Shown: positions 9,717-20,000 of the stretch, in pieces | How positions within the stretch are numbered: position 1 is the first letter of the stretch | Layout: each line of letters starts with the position of its first letter | Assembly: GCF_004010195.1 (NCBI RefSeq) | Contig: NC_057754.1 | Location: forward strand, 11,100,508-11,120,507 | Direction: 5' to 3' | Length of the DNA stretch: 20,000 nt | Origin: Chiloscyllium plagiosum | Lineage: Eukaryota | The notes under the pieces: model-generated | Database searches by the model: none | Told to the model about the DNA's origin: nothing | What the model saw: the letters and a program-made list of their open reading frames with translations, nothing else | Translations under genes and position numbers: made by a program

Positions 9717-9848
9717 AAAATTCCAGCTGACTGAACTTTGGTCTTCAATAATTGATACTCCTTACCCCCCGGGCTGTAGTCGCTTGTCCTCTGGTGCAGA
9801 GGGCTCTGACTTTGGCTCTGGGAGCCGCCAAGACTCAGTGTCACTGAG

Positions 9849-9960
9849 GCTGATGAAGGAGCAGCACTCCGAAAGCTACTGCTTCCAATAAACCTGTTGG
9901 ATGATAACCTGCTATTGTGTGATTTGTCCACCCCAGTCCAACACCAGCTCCTCCACATCA
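9849..9960 (+). mobile_element. PLE terminal fragment with well-preserved hammerhead core
   Basis: CTGATGA (9850-9856), stem GGAG/CTCC, GAAA (9871-9874), then GCTA; same family as 2470-2598. Confidence 0.75.
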
Positions 9961-9967
9961 AATAAAT

Positions 9968-10602
9968 AGCTGGAGATCAGAGCGGGTCAGGCAGCATCCA
10001 CAGAGAGTCAAAACGTGTGGCTCTGGAAAAGCACATCAGGTCAGACAATTTTCAGCGCCACAGTTTTAGACTCTGATCTCCAGTCCTCACTTTCTCCCAG
10101 CATCCACAGACAGACCGAGCAAGCTGCTCTGAGGTGTGGAGGGCCCAGCATTCACGCAATAGTGGGTGTAATGCTCCAGCGAATCACAGCGCAATCTATA
10201 GGAACAACATTTCATCTTTAGACAAGGCACCTTACGACCATCTAGATTTAAGATTGAGTTCAACACTTCCAAATTGTGAACTCACTCCTATTCCTTTCCT
10301 TTCTTTTAAATTCTCTTGTTACATTCTCTGTCACCATGCCCTCTCTCCCCTCCCCCTACTCCAGTGGGCCTGTCTGCTTTTTCCATTCTGGCAGTTAGAC
10401 ACACCGTTCTGCCATTCTCACATTCTATCCGAACTATCAACACCCTTTTTCCCCAGCATTTTACCCCCGCATTAGTGTAAATACTGCCCCATCCACACTT
10501 CACGTTAGCTCTGAAGAGTCACCTAGACTCAAATAGTTAGCTTGCTCTCTCTCCATGGATGCTGCCTGACCTACTGTGATTTCCAGCACTTTTTGTTTTC
10601 AG
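9968..10602. mobile_element. Cluster of PLE fragments including a GIY-YIG C-terminus and a decayed hammerhead
   Basis: ~10188-10265 reads QRNL*EQHFIFRQGTLRPSRFKIEFN. A pyrimidine-rich 3' region follows, then CTGAAGAGTCACCTAGACTC at 10511-10530 and a GATGCTGCCTGACC tail. Confidence 0.7.
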
Positions 10603-10845
10603 AACAGATAATCACGAGTGTATTAATACATCGAATCTCATCGTGGGGTTTGGGGTGGTTTATGGCTGGAATCACAGATACCCGGGAGTGAGTTAAAGAC
10701 TAGAATCTAATCGAGGGGATCAGAGATACCTTTTATGTGGAAAAATAGATACCCCAAAGTGAGTGAGAGACTATAATCTGAGGCAATACCAGGTACACGA
10801 GTGAAATACAGACTGGAATCTAATTGAGGAGTTCTGGGTGGTTTA
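10600..10845. repeat. ~70-bp minisatellite, left part
   Basis: Recurrent AGATACCCGGGAGTGAGTTA.AGACT.GAATCTAAT.GAGG units at ~10605, 10675, 10746 and 10789. Confidence 0.8.
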
Positions 10846-12868
10846 ATGGACTGAGGAGAACCAGGAGGCGGCACAAAAAAGGCTTGGCATATAGGATTAG
10901 GGAGAACCCAAAGGCATTTTACTCATACCTGAGAAATAAGTGATTGATCAGGGAGAAAGTAGGGCTGATCAGGGATAGCGTAGGGAACTTGTGCGTGGAG
11001 TCTGAGCAGATAGGGGGGTAGCCGTAAATGAGTATTTTGCTTCAGTTTTCTCGAAGGAAAGGGACCTTGTGAACGACAACTTTGAGGAGCTGGGATACAG
11101 GCTTGACGAGATCGAGATTGAAGACGTCGATGTGCTGGAAATTTTGGGAAACATTAAGATTGATAAGTCTCCAGGGCCAGACCAGATTTATCCAAAGCTG
11201 CTCCGGGAAGCGAGAAAGGAGATTGCTCAGCCGCTGGCGAAGATCTTTGACTCCTCACTCTCCACAGGAGTCGTACCGGAGGATTGGAAGGAGGCGAATG
11301 TTGTTCCTCTTTTCAAGAAGGGTAACAGGGAAACCTGGCAATTACAGAACAGTCAGTCTTACGTTTGTGGTCAGCAAAGGTTTGGAAAGAATTCTGAGGG
11401 ATAGGATCTATGAATATCTGGCAAAGCATAGTGTGATTAAAGGCAGTCAGCACGGCTTTGTGAGGGGCAGGTCATGCCTCTCAAATTTTATTGAGTTCTT
11501 TGAGATGACAAGACAGGTTGACGAAGGTCGAGCAGTGGATGTGGTGTATATGGACTTCAAGGCATTTGATAAGGTTCCCCATGGTAGGCTTATTCATAAA
11601 GTCAGGAAGTATGGGATACAAGAGGATTTGGCTACCTGGATTCAGAATTGGTTGGCTAACAGAAGGCAAAGAGTGATTGTAGATGGAAAGTATTCTGCCT
11701 GGAGGTCAGTGTTGAGTGGGGTCCCACAGGGCTCTGTTCTTGGGCCTCTACTCTTCGTAGTTTTTATAAATGAGTTGGACGAGGAGGTTGAGGAGGTTGT
11801 AAATTTGCAGATGACACAAAGGTTGGAGGCATCGTTGATAGTATCGAGGGTTATTGCAGACTGCAGTGCGACATGGACAGGATGCAGAGCTGGGCTGGGA
11901 AATGGCAGATGGAGTTCAACCAGGATAAATGCGAAGTGATGCATTTTGGAAGGTCAAACTCGAATGCTGAATATAGGATTAAAGACAGGATTTTTGATAC
12001 TGGAGGAACAGAGGGATCTGGGTGTGCAAGTACATAGATCCCTCAAAGTTGCCACCCAAGTGGATAGGGTTGTTAAGAAAGCATATGGTATTTTGGCTTT
12101 CATTAATAGGGGGATTGAGTTTAAGAATCGTGAGGTTTTGCTACAGCTCTATAGCTCCTTGAAAGTGGAGTCACAGGTAGATAGGGTAGTGAAGAAGGCG
12201 TTTGGTATGTTTTCCTTTATTGGTCAGAGTATCGAGTACAGGAGTTGGGAGATCATGTTGCGTCTGTACACTGTTGGAAAACTGCGTGCAATTCTGGTCT
12301 CCTTCCTATCAGAAAGATTAGATTAGATTACTTACAGTGTGGAAACAGGCCCTTCGGCCCAACAAGCCCTACTACAGGAAAGATACAGAGACTTTGGAGA
12401 GGGTGCAAAGAAGGTTTACCAGGATGCTGCCTGGACTGGAGGGCTTGCCTTATGAAGAAAGGTTGAAAAGGCTCGGACTTTTCTCTCTGGAGAGAAGGAA
12501 GAAGAAAGGAGACCTGATCGAGGAATACAAGATAATGAGAGCAATAGAGAGAGTCAGCAGACTTTTCTCCAGGGCAGGATTGACAGGTACGAGGGGTCAT
12601 AGTTTTAAAATGTTAGAGGAAAGGTATAGAGGAGATGTCAGAGGTAGGTTCTTTACACAGAGAGTTGTGAATGCATGGAATGCATTGTCAGTGGTGGAAG
12701 TGGAAGCAGAGTCATTAGGGACATTTAAGGACTGCTGGACAGGCACATGGAGAGTAGTGAGTTGAGGGGTGCGTAGGTTAAGTTATTATATTTTACATTA
12801 GGATTAAACCTTGGCACAACATCGAGGGCCAAAGGGCCTGTTCTGTGCTGTACCCTTCTATGTTCTGA
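10846..12868 (+). mobile_element. 5'-truncated CR1/HER1 LINE, ORF2 reverse transcriptase with frameshifts
   Basis: [46 protein letters not shown] (shifted frame), ERVQRRFTRM, and a 3' tail GGGCCTGTTCTGTGCTGTAC..TTCTATGTTCT. Confidence 0.96.
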
Positions 12869-13125
12869 TATAGAGAATAACCGAATCATGAGTGTGTTTT
12901 GGGGCTAGAAATTAATGAAGGGTTTCAGGATGGTTCTAAGATAGAATAGCAGATACCCTGGAGTGAGTTACAGACTGGAATGCAATTGCGGAGTTCAGCA
13001 TCATTTCTGTACAGTCACAGATACATAAGAGCGGATTACATGTTAGAATCTTATTGAGGTGGTTTTTAATGTAGAATAACAGATACACTGGAGTGAGTTA
13101 GAGACTGGAAATTAACTGAAGGGTT
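12869..13125. repeat. ~70-bp minisatellite, right part
   Basis: AGAATA.CAGATAC.CTGGAGTGAGTTA.AGACTGGAA at ~12944 and ~13073, plus two diverged units. Confidence 0.8.
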
Positions 13126-13129
13126 TTGG

Positions 13130-14165
13130 TCATTGACAAATTAGGTGCAAACTTGAGGGGTGTAAAATTAGTTGTGTGGGGGTGGGGAGGCTGTAATTGG
13201 ATCGGGGCAAAAATGGGAGGGTGTGCAATGGGGGTAGAGGTAGCATAAAACGTGGAGTGGGTGTAAATTGGTAACAGGCATAAATATGGGGCAGGGACAA
13301 TATTTGGGAGAAGGTCAAAAGTTTGGAAGGGAGGTGGTGAGTGCCAAATCTGCAGGGAGGACATTGGAGGAGGTGCAAAATTTGGGGGCACGATTGAAGG
13401 GGAACTTAAGATTTGCAAAATATGTGGAAGGGCTGCAAATTATGGGGGGCACAAAATTGACATGGATGCAACACTTGAGGTGCATAATTTGTGGAAACCT
13501 GTAAAACATGGGGGTGCACATATGGAGGCATAAAATAGGGAGTGGGGTTAGGAAGGGCTACATAGTATGATGTGGGAGCTGCAAACAAGGGAGTGCAATA
13601 TCATGAGGGTAAATATTTGGGATGCAAAATTTGGCAGGGGCACAAAACTTAGGGGAGTGAAAAAATTGGGACAGGATGCAAACATTTTGGAGGGCTGTGT
13701 AAAATAGTGGATGTTATGTGATTGGGGGCAGTTGAAGACATGGTGGGGTGCCAAATGAGGCAGTGCATAAACTGTGGGGGAAATTGTGGGCACTCAAGAA
13801 GGAACAATACCAGGTGGTGTAAAAGTGGAGAGGTAGGCACAAGATTGGGGACACAAAATTGGGGATGGCGCACAAAGTCTGAGGGATCACAATATTTCAG
13901 AAGGGGCAAAATGTGCAGGGTATACATTCAGGTTTTGTTGGGGGCGGGGGGGAGAAAAGGTGGTTGCAATTTCTGGGTGGAAGGCACAATGAGGTGTCCA
14001 TTTTTGAGGGAATGCAAACCATAGGGGAAGGGTGTACACAATTTGTGTGAGGGTGCAAATTTGGGCACTACAAATTTGGTGGGGCCAGAAAACTTGGGGC
14101 AAGGACTGTATAATTTGGTGAGTATAAAATTTGTGGAGAGGCTGCAAAACATGGCAGAGATCTGC
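13130..14165. repeat. Degenerate G-rich short-period tandem repeat
   Basis: Dozens of variants of GGGGTGCAAAATTTG / GGGCACAAAATT with strong G-versus-C strand skew. Confidence 0.85.
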
Positions 14166-14352
14166 AAAGAGACAGGGAAAAGAGAAAAAGAAACTGGAGT
14201 GGGAAAGAAGAGTCAGAAATAGAAAAGAATGAAAAAGAAAATGTAAGACAGAGGGAATAAAAGACAGGTAAAGAGAGAAAGAGAGACAGACAGGAGACGA
14301 AGAAAAGACAGAGAAAAGGGAATAAAAAAATGTGAGGAGAGAATGGGGAGGG
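14166..14352. repeat. Polypurine (GA-rich) low-complexity tract
   Basis: Almost entirely A/G on the plus strand. Confidence 0.85.
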
Positions 14353-14509
14353 GATATTCACCATTCCAGTGGGTCCCCGTTCTCTCTTAAGGGTTTCTCA
14401 CACTTCCTCTCTCCCATGGAGGACAGACCCTGGAGTTCCCTTCAACCTGACTGGTTCAGGGAGGGATTGGGGAATAACGTATCAAAATTGGCATTGACAT
14501 TCCAATTTC

Positions 14510-15515
14510 CACGCTGTCTCTCACAAGAGCAAGGTCAGACAGAAACCCTTATACTCACCCCGTTCCATTCACACGGCTGCCAGGACCGACATAAAGCACC
14601 CTCAGGTCTGCCACTCAAAGGTGACTCTCTGACCAAATCTCGACTCATCTAGTCAGCTCCCAGCTCTCTCCACCTGCAAAACACCTCCCCCCAGGTATGA
14701 AACACTCCAAGAGGCATCCGTGTGAGGTTAGACAGGGGAAAGAGGAGGTGTGAGAAAAAGCAGCAACTCAAAAGTTTAGTCCAGACTGCCTCTGCCTTGT
14801 CCCTCTCCTCCTCAACCTCCTCACCTCATGCACACTGGCCTCAGACTTGAAATTCACACAGAGACAAGCTGCAGTTTCAAACTGGCAGCAGCCACAACAC
14901 AGGGCCATTTAGACAATGGAATACAGGCATCTACAAACAATGAACACAAATTTATTTCACACAGATCAACACAAGGTGTAAGCGGAATGGAAATAAACAA
15001 GTTAGCCAGTTTACTTTTAATAATATTTTGAGAATTCTTCAAAAGAATCAATCTATTTTACAATGATTACACAGGTCTACTGCGCAAATTAATGTGTTTA
15101 TAGTACAAATGAACTTGAGTTTATTATTCCGCTCTTATTATTCCATTCCCTGCAAACTCCAGATGTTACCTTTAACTGAGCTGGACTTAATTATCTTCAG
15201 CAGAAACAGACAGCAATGGACATGGTTCACTCATCAATGAAGAAATAAGAAGAAAAATTCAAACCACTCTGACACAGCTGATTAGTAGATGGGACTTGAA
15301 ACCACAGCTTCTGTCTGACTGGGAGGGTCACTATACAGACGACAGGACACATTGAGAGTGTGGTGAGCAAAACGTTCAGAACACTGAATTGCATAAATCA
15401 AGATAGCAAGGAGAAAATCAGGGAAACTACGCTGACATTTCAAAAGGCTTAAAACTGAAGTTTAGTTCCAGTACCATGCTTCAAGTGTTCATGTTTTTGA
15501 CAGGTTTAGTTGGAG
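14510..15515. repeat. Copy 2 of the duplicated block; candidate promoter/first-exon region
   Basis: Collinear with 3060-4020; contains a minus-strand donor-like G|GTGAGT at 14553-14559. Confidence 0.8.
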
Positions 15516-15569
15516 AGGAACTAAAGCATTGTTTCATTCTGTGATGGTCCAAGGATAAGGGGAGCTAGA

Positions 15570-15680
15570 GTTAAGTTCGAAGGAAGGGTCACTTGACCCA
15601 AATGGTTAACTCTGATTTCTCTCCACAGATGCTGCCACACACCTCCTGAGCTTTTCCAGCAATTTTTATTTTTTGGCTCG
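15570..15680 (+). mobile_element. Decayed PLE terminus
   Basis: GAAGGGTCACTTGACCC stem followed by CTCTCCACAGATGCTGCC...TTTTCCAGCAATTT. Confidence 0.6.
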
Positions 15681-16279
15681 GATTTAATACCACAGTCAGA
15701 TTTGGACCCAAGGATGACACCTGCTAATCTGTCAGGATGTTTAAGATTAATGTTTTAACACACAAGTTATAATTGAAGTAAACTATTGCACTCTCCGGTT
15801 ACACATAATTGCAAAACAATATGGAAAAGAATTATCCAAGATTTTATTTGGATCTCTGCACAGGCAGGAGGGAAATTTCGTGGGATCAAGATTTTGGGGA
15901 AATAAGAAGAAACATTATTCTACAAAAACTGGAATTATTTGTTCTGAATTTCTATCCTGTACTGACAGTGATAATCTTTTACAAACTCCTTTCTAAGGCA
16001 TGAGGAGAGGATTGGAAACAACCAAATCAAATATTGCATCAAGATCTGATAGAGTCACTAGATTAATCAGGAGCTGAATATGATCATGATTTGAATGTGT
16101 TCATCTGGTCTGTCAGTTGGAAAAGATTTCAAACATCAGAGTGACTGGAAAACCACCAAGACAAATAGACACGAGTCAGATTGTTCCAGTGAGCTGACTG
16201 GAAACAGCATTAACCTAAAAGAAATCACATATTTCACAGGAGAAACTGTACAGATTGTGAACAAGAGAGAGGCACTGGC

Positions 16280-17003
<724 letters not shown>

Positions 17004-17522
17004 CTGCAGGGAATGGGCTCTGCTCTGAACGATAATGAGGACTTTCATTCTGACAGTTTGGTTTTGTTTCTGCTGGTGTTGTATCTGGATCTGGATAACA
17101 TTCTGGATCGATCGCTTATGGTATTCTTGGGACTACAATGTCCTTTTAAGAACCACTATCTGTGATCTTTCTCCATATTTAGCAAATACAATATTCTGAA
17201 CTTTGACTTCAATTCTAATTTTAGTTAGGAACAAATCATACAATTCAGTTTTTGAAAGGTTCTACTGATTAACATCTCCAATGAGAAATTGCTGATGATT
17301 CCTTGCTGAGAATTCTCAGTGAGCTGTGCATTCCACACAGTGGCCTCTCCATTATCCACGCGGAAGAAAGAGAATGGGAATTGATGGATAATAGTGGCTT
17401 AGTGGTTAGTATTGCTGCCTCACAGCAGGACCCAGGTTCAATTCCAGCCTCGGGTGACTGTCTGTGTGGAGTTTGCACGTTCTCCCAGTGTCTGCGTGGG
17501 TTTCCTCCCACAGTCCAAAGAT

Positions 17523-18122
17523 ACGTCATCTACTATGTCTCTTGGTCTCCTCTACATTGGGGCGACAGAACGCCAACTTGCAGAAAGTTTCAGCGAACAT
17601 CTCTGGGACACACATACTCAACAACCCCAATGCCCTGTGGGTGAACAGTTTACCTCCTGCCCCCACTCCGCCAAGGACATGCAAGTCCTGGGCCTCCTCC
17701 ACCACCAAACTCTAGCCACATGACGCCTGGAGGAAGAACACCTCATCTTCCACCTTAGGACCCTCCAACCACAAGGGATCAATATGGATTTTATCAGTTT
17801 CCTCATTTCACCTTCCCCACCTTATCCCAGATCCAACCTTCCAACTTGGCACTGCCCTCTTGAACTGGCCTACTTGTCCACTTTCCTTCCCACCTATCTG
17901 CTTCACCCTCCTCTCCAACCTATCACCTTCACCCATACCTTCATCTACCTCTCGCATTCCCATCTACATTCCTGCCAGCCTCACCGGCCCCCCTCACTTA
18001 TCTCTCAGCCTTCTTGGGCAACCCACTCATTCCTGATGAAAAGCTTATGCTCGAAACATCGACTCTCCTGCTCTTCAGATGCTGCCTGACTGGCTGTGCT
18101 TTTCCAGCACCACCATCTTCAA
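17523..18122 (+). mobile_element. Penelope-like element 3' part: GIY-YIG endonuclease, UTR and hammerhead core
   Basis: VIYYVS / GLLYIGATERQLAESFSEHL...VLGLLHHQTLAT*RLEEEHLIFHLRTLQPQGINMDF; CTGATGA at 18033-18039 and GAAAC at 18053-18057; flanks CACAGTCCAAAGAT / CACAGAGCAAAGAT. Confidence 0.9.
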
Positions 18123-18203
18123 CACAGAGCAAAGATGTGCAGGCTAAGCAAATAGGCCATGCTAAACTGTCCATAGTGTTTAAGGATGTGTAGGTTAGGT
18201 GCA

Positions 18204-18396
18204 TTAGAGTGGTGCTGGAAAAGCACAGCAGGTCAGGCAGCAGGAAAATTAATGTTTCGGGCAAAAGCTCTTCATCAGTCCTGATGAAGAGCTTTTGCCC
18301 GAAACGTCGATTTTCCTGCTTCTGACCTGCTGTGTTTTTCCAGCACCACTCCAATCTTGACTCTAATCTCCAGCATCTGCAGTATCCACTTCCGCT
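18204..18396. mobile_element. Palindromic PLE-derived mini-element with two divergent hammerhead cores
   Basis: Perfect 25-bp inverted repeat 18254-18278 / 18281-18305 inside ~74-bp arms; TSD TAGGTTAGGTGCA at 18191-18203 and 18397-18409. Confidence 0.88.
18281..18312 (+). ncRNA. Minimal hammerhead ribozyme motif
   Basis: CTGATGA-A-GAGC-TTTT-GCCC-GAAAC-GTC: full catalytic core, palindromic ACGT stem III and GUC cleavage triplet; one mismatch in stem II. Confidence 0.7.
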
Positions 18397-18617
18397 TAGG
18401 TTAGGTGCAATAGTCAGGGGAAATGTAAAGTGATAGAATAAGGGAGTGGGTTTGGATGGGATACCCTTTGCAGGGTCAGCATGGACTTGTTGGGCCAAAT
18501 GGCTTGTTTCTACAGTGTAGGAATGCTATGAAATGTTCCCCTTCTGTCTGGTACAGAAATGCCCTCAGCACAGGAATGGACACAAATCCAATCAGTGATA
18601 TAGGCTAGTAGCAATCA

Positions 18618-18742
18618 GCGAGGAGAAAGTGAGGTCTGCAGACGCTGGAGATCAAAGCTGAAACTTTATTGCTGGAACAGCACAGCACGTCAGGCAGCAC
18701 CCAGGGAACAGAAGATTCGACGTCTCGGGCACATGCCCTTCC
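18618..18742 (-). mobile_element. PLE terminal fragment with mutated hammerhead
   Basis: Reverse strand reads GAAGGGCATGTGCCCGAGACGTCGAATC...TGCTGCCTGAC...CTCACTTTCTCC. Confidence 0.8.
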
Positions 18743-19093
18743 TTTATTGATGATGGAGAGTAGGCTGATTGTGCAGTAATTGGCCGGGTTGGATTTGTCC
18801 AGCTTTTTATGTACAGAAAATAAGCTGCGCAATTTTCCACATTGTTGGGTAGATGCCAGTGTTGTAACTGTACTTGAAGAGCTTGGCAAGGGGAGCGGCA
18901 AGTTCTGGAGCAAGCGTCTTCAGTACTATTACCAGAATGTTATCAGAGCCCATTGCCTTTGCAGAATTGAGTACCTCCAGCCATTTCTTGATATCATGTG
19001 GAGTGAATTGAATTGGCTGGAGACTGGTATCTGTGATGCAGGGGACCACTGGAGGAGCCTGAGATGGATCATCCACTCGGCACTTCTGACTGA
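18743..19093 (-). mobile_element. LINE (CR1/L2 group) fragment, N-terminal to RT core
   Basis: KAMGSDNI...LKTLAPELAAPLAKLFKYSYNTGIYPTMWKIAQ / VHKKLDKSNPANYCTISLLSIINK. Confidence 0.88.
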
Positions 19094-19284
19094 AGAACTT
19101 ATTAATTTATTGAAATAGCCCCACTCACTTTCTCATATAAAGGAATCTTCCATTTTAGCTTGCTGGCTGACAGGCCTGTTATGTCCATGGAGACCATGCA
19201 CCCAACGCATGCCCTGAGGCAGCCAAATCAGGAGGGCAAAAAGGATACCTGAGATTGCATTCTCCTTAACCTTATTTGCCAAAG

Positions 19285-19801
19285 CTAGGGGTTATTACAA
19301 ATACATTAAGGACAAAAGGGTAACTAGGGAGGGAATAGGACCCCTCAAAGATCAGCAAGGCAGACTTTGTGTGGAGCCACAGGAGATGGGAGAGATACTA
19401 AACGAATATTTTGCATCAGTGTTTACTGTGGAGGACATCGAAGATATAGAATGTCAGGAAATAGATGGTGACATCTTGAAAAATGTCCATATTACAGAGG
19501 AGGAAGTGCTGGATGTCTTCAAATGCATAAAAGTGGATATATTCCCAGGACTTGATCAGGTCTACCCTAGAACTCTATGGAAACCTAGGGAAGTGATTGC
19601 TGGACTCCTTGCTGAGACTTTTGTATCATTAATAGTCACAGGTGAGGTGCTGCAAGACTGGAGATAGGCTAATGTGGTGCCACTGTTTAAGAAGGGTGGT
19701 AAGGACAAGCCAGGGAACTATAGACCGGTGGGTCTGACATCAGTGGTGGGCAAGTTATTGGAGGGAATCTTGGGGGACAAGATTTATATACATTTGGAAA
19801 G
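19285..19801 (+). mobile_element. CR1/HER1 LINE ORF2 fragment
   Basis: YKYIKDKRVTREGIGPLKDQQGRLCVEPQEMGEILNEYFASVFT...[34 protein letters not shown]. Confidence 0.93.
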
Positions 19802-19802
19802 C

Positions 19803-20000
19803 TGAAAATGTGTTGCTGGAAAAGCGCAGGTCAGGTAGCATCCAAGGAGCAAGAGAATCGACGTTTCGGGCATGAGCCCTTTTTCAGGAATGAGGAGAGT
19901 GTGCCAAGCAGGCTAAGATAAAAGGTAGGGACGAGGGACTTGGGGGAGGGGCGTTGGAAATGCGATAGGTGGAAGGAGGTTAAGGTGAGGGTGATAGGCC
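19803..20000 (-). mobile_element. PLE 3' terminus running off the window
   Basis: Reverse strand reads CCTGAAAAAGGGCTCATGCCCGAAACGTCGATTCTC...CTTTTCCAGCAACACA. Confidence 0.85.

Larger units (their letters stand above)
17391..18531 (+). mobile_element. HE1-type V-SINE split in three (17391-17522, 18123-18203, 18397-18531) by two PLE insertions
   Basis: A box TGGCTTAGTGG, B box GGTTCAATTCC and V-domain; resumes at CAAAGATGTGCAGG and TAGGTTAGGTGCA; tail GGACTTGTTGGGCCAAATGG. Confidence 0.9.

Noticed and set aside
10600..13125. Regularly spaced ~70-bp repeats resembling a CRISPR array
   Set aside because: Whole units are homologous with no unique spacers, no cas genes are present, and the context is vertebrate.
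13098..14364. Many Pro- or Gly-rich short ORFs
   Set aside because: By-products of the low-complexity G-rich and GA-rich repeats.
14382..14392. CTCTCTTAAGG, matching the 28S sequence at the R2 target site
   Set aside because: Only 11 bp, 6 kb from the R2-like relic, with no other rDNA similarity; likely chance.

Overview
Eukaryotic, repeat-dense DNA, almost certainly from a shark or other elasmobranch: it carries HE1-type tRNA-derived V-SINEs, HER1/CR1 LINEs and Penelope-like elements (PLEs). It is part of a C2H2 zinc-finger gene cluster, with one intact 11-finger ORF (4164-5168, minus), one decayed paralogue (~16280-17003, plus) and a duplicated ~1 kb non-coding block (~3060-4020 and ~14510-15515). 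Features the ORF track does not make obvious: (1) the 3' end of an envelope-bearing endogenous LTR retroelement, made of a frameshifted fusion-glycoprotein-like gene (100-~820 plus 1534-1749, with heptad repeat, Trp-rich segment and TM helix), a polypurine tract and a TG...CA LTR (2052-2960); (2) an R2-type restriction-like endonuclease relic with no rDNA around it; (3) about eleven PLE hammerhead-ribozyme cores, intact or decayed, including a palindromic double-hammerhead mini-insertion with a 13-bp target-site duplication; (4) several nested insertions, a solo LTR, a ~70-bp minisatellite split by a CR1, and a 1-kb G-rich degenerate repeat. Family names come from motif recognition by eye; no database search was run.
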